Source: Bifidobacterium breve (lineage in GTDB: Bacteria > Actinomycetota > Actinomycetes > Nanopelagicales > Nanopelagicaceae). Taken from it: DNA of 64,000 nt. The notes below the pieces were generated by a model. It searched no databases, was not told where the DNA came from, and worked only from the letters and a program-made list of their open reading frames with translations. The stretch is taken from assembly GCA_945866305.1 (NCBI GenBank), contig CAMBGS010000001.1:148-64147 (forward strand), in the 5' to 3' direction. Below, in pieces: positions 19,835 to 30,245 of the stretch (positions are counted from its first letter, which is position 1; every line of letters starts with the position of its first letter). A program made the position numbers and the translations under genes.

Positions 19835-21268
19835 ATGACTTTTGAATATGCACCAGCTCCTGAATCTCGTGCGATCGTAGATATCAAAGCGAAATATGGC
19901 CACTTTATTGACGGCAAATTTGTTCCAGGTAAGAAACATTTCGCAACTATAAATCCAGCAACTGAAGAAGTTTTAAGTCAGATTTCACTCGGTGGCGTAA
20001 GTGATGTTGATAAGGCTGTTGCTGCCGCACAGAAGGCATACACCAAAACTTGGTCGAAGTTATCGGGCAAAGAACGTGGCAAGTATCTGTATCGCATTGC
20101 GCGAATTCTGCAGGAGCGTGCCCGTGAATTTGCAGTACTTGAGACTTTAGATAATGGAAAACCAATTCGCGAAACCCGAGATATTGATATTCCACTAGTT
20201 GCAGCACATTTCTTTTATCACGCAGGTTGGGCAGATAAATTAGATTATGCCGGCCTAGGTAAATCACCACAACCACACGGAGTTGCTGGACAGATTGTTC
20301 CCTGGAATTTTCCGTTGCTGATGCTTGCCTGGAAAGTTGCACCTGCTTTAGCCACCGGTAACACCGTGGTTTTAAAACCTGCGGAAACCACTTCACTAAC
20401 CGCGCTCTTATTTGCTGAAGTCTGCCAGCAAGCCGAACTTCCAGACGGCGTAGTAAATATTGTTACTGGTGATGGTTCAACGGGCGCAGCCATAGTTAAC
20501 CATCCTGGCATTCATAAAATCGCATTTACTGGATCTACTGATGTCGGCAAGAAGATTGCCCGTGCGATCGCTGGCACGAATAAGAAAGCCACGCTTGAAC
20601 TAGGCGGCAAAGGTGCCAATATCGTCTTCGATGATGCTCCCTTGGATGAGACTGTAGAAGGCATTGTTAATGGCATATTTTTCAATCAGGGCCACGTTTG
20701 TTGCGCTGGGTCGCGATTGATCCTGCAAGAAGGAATTGCTGACGAACTTATTGAAAAACTCAAAGTACGAATGGCTAAAATTCGGGTGGGTGATCCGCTA
20801 GATAAGAACACTGATCTTGGTGCGATAAATTCTCAAGAACAACTTAGCAAGATTAACGAGTTAGCAAGCGCTGGAGAAGCAGAAGGTGCAGAACGTTGGA
20901 GCCCTGCTTGTAATTTATCTGCAAAGGGTTTCTGGTTTGCTCCAACAATCTTTACCGGCGTAACTCAAGCCCATCGCATTGCGCGTGAAGAGATTTTTGG
21001 ACCAGTACTTTCAATTCTCACTTTCCGCACTCCACAAGAGGCAATTGAAAAAGCGAATAACACACCCTTTGGATTATCTGCCGGTGTCTGGAGCGAGAAG
21101 GGCTCAAGAATTTTATGGGCAACTCAACAACTTCGCGCTGGTGTGGTTTGGGCAAATACCTTTAATAAGTTCGATCCTGCCTCTCCGTTTGGTGGTTACA
21201 AAGAATCTGGTTGGGGTCGCGAAGGCGGCAAACATGGTTTAGCTGCATATTTGAAGGAGGGAAAGTAA
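19835..21268 (+). CDS. Aldehyde dehydrogenase (full length, catalytic)
   Basis: PWNFP, KPAE, FTGST, LELGGK, FNQGHVCCAG (catalytic Cys), EEIFGP, PFGGYKESG. Confidence 0.93.
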   Translation: MTFEYAPAPESRAIVDIKAKYGHFIDGKFVPGKKHFATINPATEEVLSQISLGGVSDVDKAVAAAQKAYTKTWSKLSGKERGKYLYRIARILQERAREFAVLETLDNGKPIRETRDIDIPLVAAHFFYHAGWADKLDYAGLGKSPQPHGVAGQIVPWNFPLLMLAWKVAPALATGNTVVLKPAETTSLTALLFAEVCQQAELPDGVVNIVTGDGSTGAAIVNHPGIHKIAFTGSTDVGKKIARAIAGTNKKATLELGGKGANIVFDDAPLDETVEGIVNGIFFNQGHVCCAGSRLILQEGIADELIEKLKVRMAKIRVGDPLDKNTDLGAINSQEQLSKINELASAGEAEGAERWSPACNLSAKGFWFAPTIFTGVTQAHRIAREEIFGPVLSILTFRTPQEAIEKANNTPFGLSAGVWSEKGSRILWATQQLRAGVVWANTFNKFDPASPFGGYKESGWGREGGKHGLAAYLKEGK

Positions 21269-22141
21269 ATGGCTTCTTCTAAGAAGAGTTCTGCAAGTAA
21301 GTCCACACCACGCTTGGAAGTTAAGAAGACTTATAAGTTGTATATAAATGGAGCTTTCCCGCGTAGCGAATCTGGACGAGTATATGAAGTTACCAATAGC
21401 AAAGATGGTTTTGTTGCAAACCCATCACTTGCTTCGCGTAAAGATTTGCGTGATGCCGTCGTTGCCGCCCGCACTGCTCAGGGTGGTTGGGCGAAAGCCA
21501 CTGCCTACAACCGTGGTCAAATTCTCTATCGAATCGCAGAAATGTTGGAAGGTCGAGCTGATCAATTCGCGTCTGAAATTGTTCTTGCTAGCGGAGTTAC
21601 GCAGAAGAAAGCGCACGATGAAGTTCTCGCCGCAATCGATAGTTGGGTTTGGTATGCCGGCTGGAGCGATAAATTATCGGCAGCTTTTGGCGCTACAAAC
21701 CCAGTATCTGGCCCTTATTACAACTTCACTATCCCTGAACCACAAGGTGTCATTGCAGTTGCGCCAGCTGAAAGTTTTCTCTCGTTAATTGATGCGATAG
21801 CTCCGGCGATAGTCTCGGGAAATTCTGTTGTAGCGCTAGTGCCAGGATCGGCGGCAATTGCAGCGATGACTTTTGCTGAAGTGTTGGCAACGAGTGATCT
21901 ACCTGCTGGGGTATTAAATATTTTGACTGGATCTCACGATGAACTGGCTCCGTGGGCGGCCTCGCATATGGATATCGATGGGTTCGATATTTCTGGAATT
22001 GATAAGAAGAAACGCACCGAACTTAAAGTTGCTGGCGCAGAGAACTTGAAACGAATTCATAGCTTCGATGGTGCAGTTTCACCCACACGTATTTATGCCT
22101 TTATGGAAACAAAGACAGTCTGGCACCCAATCGGGGTTTAA
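21269..22141 (+). CDS. Truncated ALDH-like protein lacking the catalytic domain
   Basis: 290 aa; NAD-domain-like N-terminus (KTYKLYING..RSESGR, NRGQILYRIAEMLE) ending ETKTVWHPIG; no ELGGK and no catalytic Cys. Confidence 0.85.
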   Translation: MASSKKSSASKSTPRLEVKKTYKLYINGAFPRSESGRVYEVTNSKDGFVANPSLASRKDLRDAVVAARTAQGGWAKATAYNRGQILYRIAEMLEGRADQFASEIVLASGVTQKKAHDEVLAAIDSWVWYAGWSDKLSAAFGATNPVSGPYYNFTIPEPQGVIAVAPAESFLSLIDAIAPAIVSGNSVVALVPGSAAIAAMTFAEVLATSDLPAGVLNILTGSHDELAPWAASHMDIDGFDISGIDKKKRTELKVAGAENLKRIHSFDGAVSPTRIYAFMETKTVWHPIGV

Positions 22142-22144
22142 GAC

Positions 22145-23239
22145 TTATTCGCCAGAAATTGCTAAAAAACCAGGCTTTATAACTGTTTCAATAATCGCTA
22201 AACGTTCTTCGAAGGGAATAAAGGAACTCTTTAGCGCATTTATAGTCACGCGTTGTAAATCTAAAAAACTCCAATTGAATGCGGTGACTAATTCAGTCAT
22301 TTCACGGCTCATGGAAGTTGCTGACATTAAGCGGTTGTCAGTATTTACAGTGACGCGGAAACGCAATTTTGCTAAATCTCCGATCGGGTGATCTGCAAAA
22401 TTTGCTGCTGCGCCAGTTTGGATATTTGAAGAAGGGCACATCTCAAGTGGAATGCGTCGGTCACGCACATAAGCAGCAAGTCGACCAAGTCGTGGTGGGG
22501 TATGGTTTAAATCTATATCGTCGATTATGCGAACACCATGTCCTAAACGTTCGGCGCCGCAGAGTTGAATCGCTTCCCAGATTGAAGGAAGTCCATAAGC
22601 TTCGCCAGCGTGAATAGTGAAGTGCGCATTTTCGCGACGCAAGTACTCAAAGGTATCTAGCTGATCACTAGGTGGGAAGCCATCTTCTGGGCCAGCGATA
22701 TCAAAGCCAACCACGCCACGTTCTCGGTATTTAACAGCTAGTTCAGCCACTTCTTGCGATAGTTGATTCTGGCGCATTCCACAAAGCAAGGAGGTAACGC
22801 GAATTATGTTTCCTTCAGCTTTAGCCTCTTTCTCACCAGCGCCAAAACCTTCCAAAATTGCTTCAATCGCTGCCGATAGAGTTAAACCCTTCTCCGTTAA
22901 CAACTCAGGAGCCATTCGTACTTCTGCGTAAACCACCCCATCGCGCGCCAGATCAACGGCGCACTCGCGAGCAACACGAACGATATCTTCACGACGTTGC
23001 ATTACCGCGACAGTGTGTGAAAAAGTTTCTAAATATCGTACTAATGAGCCAGAATCACAAGATGTACGGAACCATTCAGCGAGTTCGACGGAATCATTAC
23101 TTGGAAGTTTGTGACCGATCTCTTTAGCAATATCAATAATGGTTTGTGGTCTAAGTCCACCATCTAAGTGGTCGTGTAGCAAAGCCTTCGGCAAATGCTT
23201 AATCTGCGTTGGCGTTGGGACTTTATTTAGAGTACTCAT
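22145..23239 (-). CDS. add: Adenosine deaminase
   Basis: LHDHLDG, TIHAGEA, RLGHG, EMCPSSN, NTDN. Confidence 0.95.
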   Translation of the reverse strand: MSTLNKVPTPTQIKHLPKALLHDHLDGGLRPQTIIDIAKEIGHKLPSNDSVELAEWFRTSCDSGSLVRYLETFSHTVAVMQRREDIVRVARECAVDLARDGVVYAEVRMAPELLTEKGLTLSAAIEAILEGFGAGEKEAKAEGNIIRVTSLLCGMRQNQLSQEVAELAVKYRERGVVGFDIAGPEDGFPPSDQLDTFEYLRRENAHFTIHAGEAYGLPSIWEAIQLCGAERLGHGVRIIDDIDLNHTPPRLGRLAAYVRDRRIPLEMCPSSNIQTGAAANFADHPIGDLAKLRFRVTVNTDNRLMSATSMSREMTELVTAFNWSFLDLQRVTINALKSSFIPFEERLAIIETVIKPGFLAISGE

Positions 23240-24546
23240 CCGGTAATCCGTTCAATAACTAGCGGCAGACGATCTACCTTGCCATTTTCTTCAATAACAA
23301 TTGCGCCTGTCAAAATTTCAACCGCACGATCAAATCTAGCAGGCTCATCTGTATGTAAAGTCAGCAGTGCATCACCTTTTTTGATGTAATCACCAGGCTT
23401 TGAATGCATTTCGATTCCAGCACCTGCTTGAACTTTTTCACCTTGCTTTGAACGGCCTGCGCCTAAGCGCCAAGCTGATACACCAATTTTCATGGCATCC
23501 ATCTTTGTCATAATTCCTGATTCATTTGCAATGATTACGTGCTTCTCTTGAGCAACAGGAAGTTTGGCATTTGGGTCACCGCCTTGTGCGGCAATCATTC
23601 GCTTCCAATGATCCATTGCTGATCCATCCTTAAGCGCATCCGCTGGATCTTTTCCGACAATTCCGGCGGCATCAATCATTTCTCGCGCCAGAAGAATTGT
23701 TAACTCAACAACGTCGGCAGGTCCACCACCGGCTAAAACCTCAATAGATTCGCGTACTTCAAGGGCATTTCCTGCTGTGAGTCCTAGCGGTACATCCATT
23801 GCAGTCACGAGTGCGCGCGTTTTAACTCCTGCATCAAGGCCTAGTTGCACCATAGTACGCGCAAGTTCTCCCGCTTTAGCAGGATCGCTCATAAATGCTC
23901 CGCTTCCTGTCTTAACATCGAGAATTAGTGCAGAGGTACCTTCGGCGATCTTCTTAGACATAATTGAAGATGCGATAAGTGGTATTGCTTCTACTGTTGC
24001 GGTCACATCACGCAGCGCATATAACTTTTTATCCGCCGGTGCTAACCCCGCTCCTGCTGCACAAATTACGGCACCAGTTTCTTGTAAAACTTTTAGCATC
24101 TCCTCATTTGAAAGTGATGCGCGCCAGCCAGGAATCGACTCAAGTTTATCTAGGGTGCCACCTGTGTGCCCCAGCCCGCGACCGGAAAGTTGAGGTACTG
24201 CTCCACCGCAAGCAGCAACGAGTGGTGCAAGAGGAAGAGTAATTTTATCTCCGACGCCGCCGGTCGAATGCTTATCTGCTGTTGGTCGATCCAGTGCCGA
24301 CCAATTCATTCTCTCACCTGAATTGATCATGGCATTTGTCCAACGAGAAATTTCACGTGAATTCATTCCGTTTAGAAGAATGGCCATTAAGAGCGCTGAC
24401 ATTTGCTCATCTGCAATTACCCCGCGAGTGTAGGCATCTACTGTCCAGTCAATTTCTTTATCGCTTAACTCGTTACGATCACGTTTTGCTGCGATGATTT
24501 CAACAGCAGCAAATAGCTCAATCCCTGATTTGCTGTGATTAGTCAA
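23236..24546 (-). CDS. deoA: Thymidine/pyrimidine-nucleoside phosphorylase
   Basis: [33 protein letters not shown]; start (TTG 24546) is approximate. Confidence 0.93.
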   Translation of the reverse strand: MTNHSKSGIELFAAVEIIAAKRDRNELSDKEIDWTVDAYTRGVIADEQMSALLMAILLNGMNSREISRWTNAMINSGERMNWSALDRPTADKHSTGGVGDKITLPLAPLVAACGGAVPQLSGRGLGHTGGTLDKLESIPGWRASLSNEEMLKVLQETGAVICAAGAGLAPADKKLYALRDVTATVEAIPLIASSIMSKKIAEGTSALILDVKTGSGAFMSDPAKAGELARTMVQLGLDAGVKTRALVTAMDVPLGLTAGNALEVRESIEVLAGGGPADVVELTILLAREMIDAAGIVGKDPADALKDGSAMDHWKRMIAAQGGDPNAKLPVAQEKHVIIANESGIMTKMDAMKIGVSAWRLGAGRSKQGEKVQAGAGIEMHSKPGDYIKKGDALLTLHTDEPARFDRAVEILTGAIVIEENGKVDRLPLVIERITG

Positions 24547-24937
24547 GACGCTTTTCAATCTCTTCAGGACCAAATGCCCAAGGTAAAAGCTCTGATAGTG
24601 ATTTGGTGCCGGTATCCGTCATTAACTGTAGATTTGAACCGCCGTGTTCTTGTAAGAGTTGGCGACACCGTCCGCACGGCATTAAATAATTTCCAGCGAT
24701 ATCAACACAAGTAAATGCGATTAATCTTCCGCCTCCGGTATTAATCAGAGTTGAAACCAGTCCGCATTCGGCGCATAAAGTGAGGCCATAACTCGCATTT
24801 TCTACGTTACAGCCTGAAATTATGCGGCCATCGTCAACAAGTGCCGCAACCCCAACGGGAAATTTAGAGTAAGGCGCATAGGCTTGTTTCATCGCAGTAA
24901 TTGCATGCGATTTTAGTAGCTCCCAATCAACGAGCAT
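24539..24937 (-). CDS. cdd: Cytidine deaminase
   Basis: AYAPYSKFPVG, NVENASY, CAEC, PCGRCRQ. Confidence 0.95.
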   Translation of the reverse strand: MLVDWELLKSHAITAMKQAYAPYSKFPVGVAALVDDGRIISGCNVENASYGLTLCAECGLVSTLINTGGGRLIAFTCVDIAGNYLMPCGRCRQLLQEHGGSNLQLMTDTGTKSLSELLPWAFGPEEIEKRLD

Positions 24938-25922
24938 TTGCTGCAATCGCTGCGGCATTTATGGCTGCAGCCTGCGTCCCTAACGCTTTTGATTTTAGAA
25001 CAATTTCAATTCCTTTTTCAGAAATTGTGTAGCGCCGGCCGTAAATCCCGAGCTCAGCATCAAGTACATCAGAGATCTGGCTGTTGTTTATAGCGGCACC
25101 GATAACATCTCCAACCGCAATATCAACTCGCTTAACAACCGACGCGATTAAGTACTTCGTGGTATTCGGAGTAATTGTTAAATACAAATCTGGTTCGGTG
25201 AGAATCAAGTAAACATCACTAGCAGTCTTCTTACGATTCTTCGCGGTATTTGCTTTCACGATAGCGTCAAAAGCTTTATCGGCTGAACCTGAAGTTGCGG
25301 TGTAAATGACGTCAACGCCAATTTTAATTAAAGAGGTAGTCGCGAGATCTAAATCTGTAGCCGTGTAATTAACGAAAGTACGAACTTTCTTTTTAGACGC
25401 GATAACTCCGGCTAAAAAGCCATTCTGATAAATCTCGGCAGATGATGGTGTGGTTACCATCCCAACTTTTCCAGACTTGGTCGTCAGGGCGGCGCTAAAG
25501 CCTGCCAAGAAGGCACCTTGCGCATCTGCAAATACAATTGAGGTCACGTTAAGTGAGGCAATTGAAGCGTCACCGATTATTGCAAATTGGGTATTTGGAA
25601 ATTCATTGGATAACAGAGTTAACGCTGTTCTGTACTCGGCACCTACAGCGATTATTACTGAGCAATTCTTGGATGTCAGGCTGCGTAAGCGCTTGATTCG
25701 ATCGGCGGAAGTGCCATCTGTTACGACGCCTTCAAAGGTAAATGTAAATTGAGCTTGTGCTGTCTTAACTCCAGCCAATGTGGCATCGTTAAAAGAACGA
25801 TCTCCCAGCCCACCAGTGTCATATGCAACGCATATCTTGCTTGCAGCGCTAGCCGATGTGGGGCTGGTTAGCGTCGCCGCAATTGCCAGCGCAATTACCG
25901 AAATGACCGACCGAAGCTTCAT
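24927..25922 (-). CDS. BMP-family (PnrA/TmpC-like) nucleoside-binding protein
   Basis: Signal peptide; DTGGLGDRSFN, GAFLAG..AA, SVVKRVD; upstream of cdd-deoA-add. Confidence 0.8.
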   Translation of the reverse strand: MKLRSVISVIALAIAATLTSPTSASAASKICVAYDTGGLGDRSFNDATLAGVKTAQAQFTFTFEGVVTDGTSADRIKRLRSLTSKNCSVIIAVGAEYRTALTLLSNEFPNTQFAIIGDASIASLNVTSIVFADAQGAFLAGFSAALTTKSGKVGMVTTPSSAEIYQNGFLAGVIASKKKVRTFVNYTATDLDLATTSLIKIGVDVIYTATSGSADKAFDAIVKANTAKNRKKTASDVYLILTEPDLYLTITPNTTKYLIASVVKRVDIAVGDVIGAAINNSQISDVLDAELGIYGRRYTISEKGIEIVLKSKALGTQAAAINAAAIAANAR

Positions 25923-26917
25923 TAGAGCACCAAACCTAAATTCTTATAGCTTTGCGCAACAGTTGCGCTAGCCACGGTACGCGCTTTATCAGCGCCTGCG
26001 TGAAGAATTTGAACGAGGTGGCGCTCATCTTCCAGGAGTTCATTGGCGCGGGCTCGGATTGGCCTTAAATATTCCACCACGACTTCAGCAACAGCGCCTT
26101 TGAAATCGCCATAACCTTTGCCGGCAAATTCATTCTCCAGATCGCCAATTTTCTTACCTGAGAGCGCGGCATGAATTGTCAGTAGGTTACTAATTCCTGG
26201 CTTTTCTTTTTCATCAAATTTAACTTCTCGCCCCGCATCAGTAGTAGCGCTCTTTATCTTCTTTGCATTCGCCTCTGGAGTATCCATGATTTCAAGGACG
26301 CCAGCGGCTGAACCAGAAGATTTACTCATTTTATTTGTTGGCTCCTGTAAGTCATAAATCTTGGCACCTGATTTAAGAATGTATCCTTCAGGAATTCGGA
26401 AGGTTTCTCCGAAGCGAGTATTAAAGCGTGTGGCTAAATCTCTTGTTAACTCAATGTGTTGTCGCTGATCTTCGCCGACCGGCACATAATGTGCTTGATA
26501 CAAAAGAATATCAGCCGCTTGCAACATTGGATATGTAAATAAACCAACTCGCGCCGAGTCTGCGCCGCCTTTAGCGGACTTATCTTTAAATTGAGTCATC
26601 CGGTTAGCTTCGCCAAAGCCAGCGATACATTCCATAATCCAACCGAGTTGATTATGTTCGGCGACGTGTGATTGCACAAAAAGAGTTGATTTATCGGGCG
26701 AAATTCCCAGAGCAATTAACTGTGCCGCAGATGACAAAATTCTCTTTCGTAAAAGCGCTGGGTCAATTTCTCCAGTAAGCGCGTGCAAATCTACAATGCA
26801 ATAAAAGGCGTCATTTCCTTCTTGAAGTTCTACCCATTGCTTAAGCGCACCCAGATAATTTCCCAGGTGGAAGGAGTCGCTCGTCGGCTGAATGCCAGAA
26901 AGGATGCGCTTGGCCAT
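25922..26917 (-). CDS. trpS: Tryptophanyl-tRNA synthetase
   Basis: SGIQPT, HLGNY, YPMLQAADILLY, VPVGEDQRQH, KMSKS. Confidence 0.97.
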   Translation of the reverse strand: MAKRILSGIQPTSDSFHLGNYLGALKQWVELQEGNDAFYCIVDLHALTGEIDPALLRKRILSSAAQLIALGISPDKSTLFVQSHVAEHNQLGWIMECIAGFGEANRMTQFKDKSAKGGADSARVGLFTYPMLQAADILLYQAHYVPVGEDQRQHIELTRDLATRFNTRFGETFRIPEGYILKSGAKIYDLQEPTNKMSKSSGSAAGVLEIMDTPEANAKKIKSATTDAGREVKFDEKEKPGISNLLTIHAALSGKKIGDLENEFAGKGYGDFKGAVAEVVVEYLRPIRARANELLEDERHLVQILHAGADKARTVASATVAQSYKNLGLVL

Positions 26918-26939
26918 GTTGTTATTCTCGCACGGATCG

Positions 26940-28232
26940 CTAATTACGCGATATCAGTAACTGCCCTGCGCGCTTACCTTCCATGGTTAACACGGTGATG
27001 CGAATACCGTTTATGCCAACCACATCATGGGCAACTGGAATCCGCCCTAAGAAGTGCATAACAAATCCACCAGCTGTTTCATATGGACCATCTGGAATAT
27101 CAATTCCTGTTTGGTCTCTCAAATCATCGAGTGAAATCAACCCGTCTACTTCAAAATCACCGGTACGCGCTTGTTGTGACACTTCTTCATCATCACTGTC
27201 GTACTCATCCTTGATATCACCAATTAGGCACTCCACTAAATCTTCCAGAGTCACAATGCCATCGGTACCACCATATTCATCTAGCACGATGGCTAAGTGT
27301 TGACGTTGGTTACGCATTTCAGTCAGCGCAGGAAGTACTCCCTTTGTGCCAGGCAAAAACATTATGTTGCGAACTAATTCTTGAATCTTTCCGCCAGCGC
27401 TGACTAGCGATGTATCCAATAAGTCGCGAACGTGAATGAACCCAATAACTTCGTCAGTAGAACCACGAACTACTGGATATCGAGAGTGTGCTCGATCGAC
27501 TGCGAGCGCGATCGCCTTGCCAACTGTTAGCGAAGCATCCATAAAATCTACTTCAGTGCGCGGCACCATAACTTCATGCACTTGGCGTTCAGATGCATTA
27601 AATACTTCTTCAACGATATCGCGTTCTTCCGCAGTCAGTGCAGCATGGCCGCTAACTAGATCAAGTAACTCTTCTTCGGACATTTGGCTACGTTGTTCTT
27701 TTGGATCAACTCCGAATGCGCGAACAACTATGTCGGTTGATCGAGATAGCAGCCAAATAACTGGCCGGAAAAACTTGGCAGTTAAATCAATAGCTCCGGA
27801 ACTCCACAGGGCGATCTCTTCCGTACGAAATAGCGCTAAACGTTTCGGCACAAGTTCGCCAAATACCAGTGAGAAATAAGCAATAATTAGCGTTACGCCA
27901 ACTAGTGAAGTTACATTCGCAACATCATCTGATAAACCCAATTCCATAAGTTGTGGAATAACGTAAACTCCAAGTTTTTCAGCACCGAGAGCCGCCGATA
28001 AAAACCCACAGACAGTCACACCGACTTGTGCAGCGGCTAAGAATCGATTCGGATTGGTAGCCAGGTGAGCAACCTTTGCGCCACGTTTACCTCTGGTCGA
28101 GAGTTGGCGAATCTGACTTTCACGTAGAGAGATCAGAGCGATTTCGGCTGCTACGAAGAGAGAGCCAAGCAAGATAAGGCTGGCTACAGTGGCTAGATCG
28201 CCCAGCAACGAACCGATCGGGTAGGGGTCCAT
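26940..28232 (-). CDS. Hemolysin-family/CNNM protein (DUF21-CBS-CorC)
   Basis: [43 protein letters not shown]; start moved to ATG 28232. Confidence 0.9.
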   Translation of the reverse strand: MDPYPIGSLLGDLATVASLILLGSLFVAAEIALISLRESQIRQLSTRGKRGAKVAHLATNPNRFLAAAQVGVTVCGFLSAALGAEKLGVYVIPQLMELGLSDDVANVTSLVGVTLIIAYFSLVFGELVPKRLALFRTEEIALWSSGAIDLTAKFFRPVIWLLSRSTDIVVRAFGVDPKEQRSQMSEEELLDLVSGHAALTAEERDIVEEVFNASERQVHEVMVPRTEVDFMDASLTVGKAIALAVDRAHSRYPVVRGSTDEVIGFIHVRDLLDTSLVSAGGKIQELVRNIMFLPGTKGVLPALTEMRNQRQHLAIVLDEYGGTDGIVTLEDLVECLIGDIKDEYDSDDEEVSQQARTGDFEVDGLISLDDLRDQTGIDIPDGPYETAGGFVMHFLGRIPVAHDVVGINGIRITVLTMEGKRAGQLLISRN

Positions 28233-28361
28233 AATGCCCCTAATTCTACTTCTTTTGCCATTTAATCTGAGCCCTGGTTCGCAAAAACCAGCCTGGACTG
28301 CGCCTATTCCCAACTTCTACGCTTCTGCATTACCCTTAGCCAGCCTAGCCACCCGGCTAGC

Positions 28362-28406
28362 ACCTTCATCCTTGGACCGTCGGGCACGTACCTGCCCGGA
28401 GAAGGA
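28362..28406 (+). ncRNA. msiK RNA motif (cis-regulatory hairpin sequestering the SD)
   Basis: CCTTC-ATCC-[bulge TTGGACCGT]-CGGGCA-CGTACC-TGCCCG-GA-GAAGG; the outer stem pairs with the SD GAAGG just upstream of msiK, as I recall for the actinobacterial msiK motif. Confidence 0.75.
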
Positions 28407-28416
28407 AGTACCTCAC

Positions 28417-29499
28417 ATGGCATCAGTTGTATTCGAAAACGCTACACGTACATATCCAGGCACAACCAAACCTGCAGTCGACAAGTTAAATCTAACTGTT
28501 AATGACGGTGAATTTCTGGTTCTTGTTGGTCCGTCAGGTTGCGGTAAATCAACATCACTTCGTATGTTGGCAGGTCTTGAAGAAGTTGACGAAGGTCGAA
28601 TTCTTATTGGAGACCGCGACGTAACAAACGTTGCTCCAAAAGATCGCGATATCGCGATGGTCTTCCAGTCATATGCGCTCTATCCGCACATGACTGTGGC
28701 AGAAAATATGGGCTTCGCCCTAAAGATCGCCGGAGTTGCAAAAGAAGAACGCGAAAAGCGCGTTAATGAAGCAGCTAAGTTGCTTGATCTTGAACCATAC
28801 CTAGAGCGCAAGCCTAAAGCTCTTTCAGGTGGACAACGTCAACGCGTTGCAATGGGTCGTGCGATTGTTCGCGAGCCACAGGTTTTCCTTATGGATGAAC
28901 CACTTTCTAACCTTGATGCGAAGTTGCGCGTTGCAACTCGTACACAGATTGCTGCGCTGCAGCGTCGCCTAGGAATCACAACTGTCTACGTAACTCACGA
29001 CCAAGTAGAAGCTATGACAATGGGCGATCGCGTTGCAGTTCTAAAAGATGGTCTACTGCAGCAAGTAGATACCCCACGAAATCTTTACGATAATCCAGAA
29101 AATGCTTTTGTTGCTGGCTTCATCGGATCCCCCGCAATGAACTTGCTATCCGCTCCCGTAAGTGGTGGCAAAGCGATGCTTGGTGATCTTGCAATCGATG
29201 TCCCGGGATCAGCAAGTGGCTCTGTAACTGTTGGTATCCGTCCAGAAGGATTTGCACCTGCAGCAACCGGATTTAAGGTTGTAGTAGAAGTTGTTGAAGA
29301 ACTCGGTGCAGATGCATTCGTTTATGGAAGACCTGCAGATGCTTCAGTTAAATTTGCGCAAGCTGGTGATGAAGGCGCACAAGTTATTGTCCGATGGGAT
29401 CCAAAGAACCCACCGAAGCCAGGTGACACGATTACCGTTTCTGCTGTTGCAGATTCGGTACACCTCTTTAACTCTTCAACCGGAGAGCGCCTAAAGTAA
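28417..29499 (+). CDS. msiK: Multiple-sugar ABC transporter ATPase (MsiK/UgpC-like)
   Basis: [43 protein letters not shown]; start moved to ATG 28417 after SD GAAGGAA. Confidence 0.92.
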   Translation: MASVVFENATRTYPGTTKPAVDKLNLTVNDGEFLVLVGPSGCGKSTSLRMLAGLEEVDEGRILIGDRDVTNVAPKDRDIAMVFQSYALYPHMTVAENMGFALKIAGVAKEEREKRVNEAAKLLDLEPYLERKPKALSGGQRQRVAMGRAIVREPQVFLMDEPLSNLDAKLRVATRTQIAALQRRLGITTVYVTHDQVEAMTMGDRVAVLKDGLLQQVDTPRNLYDNPENAFVAGFIGSPAMNLLSAPVSGGKAMLGDLAIDVPGSASGSVTVGIRPEGFAPAATGFKVVVEVVEELGADAFVYGRPADASVKFAQAGDEGAQVIVRWDPKNPPKPGDTITVSAVADSVHLFNSSTGERLK

Positions 29500-29506
29500 T
29501 AGTTAG

Positions 29507-29547
29507 AAAATAACCCTCACCAGTGATCTGGTGAGGGTTATTTTTTT
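29507..29547. terminator. Bidirectional intrinsic terminator
   Basis: AAAATAACCCTCACCAG-TGAT-CTGGTGAGGGTTATTTT(TTT) between convergent genes. Confidence 0.9.
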
Positions 29548-29556
29548 AATTACTGG

Positions 29557-30243
29557 TTACGAAAACTCTAGATCTCCCCGCAATATATGAACCTTCCCGC
29601 GGCCATATTTCCGCCAAACATCGGTAAAAACTAAGGCGGTATCTTCATCTATGCCGATCAGTGTTGCATCGGCGTCTTGGCGAATTATTGCTGCGCTCAC
29701 GCGATCAGGAAGCCATCCTAAAAATTTGTCGTAGTGCGGAATCACTTCAATATCTGGCAATAAGTTAAGACCCTCGCTGATGTGCGACCTGCGAATTCCA
29801 ATAATTTTTCCTCCAAATGCCATTGCACCTGCCGAACAACCAGCAAGTGATGCACCAGATTTCCAAGCAGAAAGAATTGCCGACCATAAAGGGGTGTCGC
29901 GGAAAGTATCTGCCAAGTGAACTGGATCTCCACCTGAAAAATAGATTAAGCCGGCATCTTTAACATCTGCTATCCATTGCGGATTGTGCGCATCTTCGCG
30001 AGTTAGGACTGGAAGGTATTTAACTTCGCAGCCGATTCGTTTTCCCTGATCTGCTCCACGCGCTTTCCAGAAATCTAAACTATCCCTTCCCTCCTTACCG
30101 GCGGCAGTCGGTATTTGAATGAAAGTGTTTGCCTTGCCTTTTGAAATTGCTAAGCGCAAGAGCTCACTCTCGAGCGCTTGCGCTTGCGGTAAATACTCAC
30201 CAGAACCAACAAGTGCAATTGCACCAGGCTGGTTTTCAATCAT
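29557..30243 (-). CDS. Peptidase S51 family (peptidase E/cyanophycinase-like)
   Basis: IPTAA, YFSGGD, GCSAGAM (Ser nucleophile), PHYD, GIDEDTA. Confidence 0.8.
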   Translation of the reverse strand: MIENQPGAIALVGSGEYLPQAQALESELLRLAISKGKANTFIQIPTAAGKEGRDSLDFWKARGADQGKRIGCEVKYLPVLTREDAHNPQWIADVKDAGLIYFSGGDPVHLADTFRDTPLWSAILSAWKSGASLAGCSAGAMAFGGKIIGIRRSHISEGLNLLPDIEVIPHYDKFLGWLPDRVSAAIIRQDADATLIGIDEDTALVFTDVWRKYGRGKVHILRGDLEFS

Positions 30244-30245
30244 CG

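Noticed and set aside
21269-22141. Second ALDH as a pseudogene or frameshift product
   Set aside because: Intact ORF with SD (GAAGGAGG), tight coupling and a proper C-terminal motif.
28274-28291. Inverted repeat CTGGTT-N6-AACCAG upstream of the msiK promoter as a DasR or other operator
   Set aside because: Six-bp arms can occur by chance and the spacing does not fit the dre consensus.
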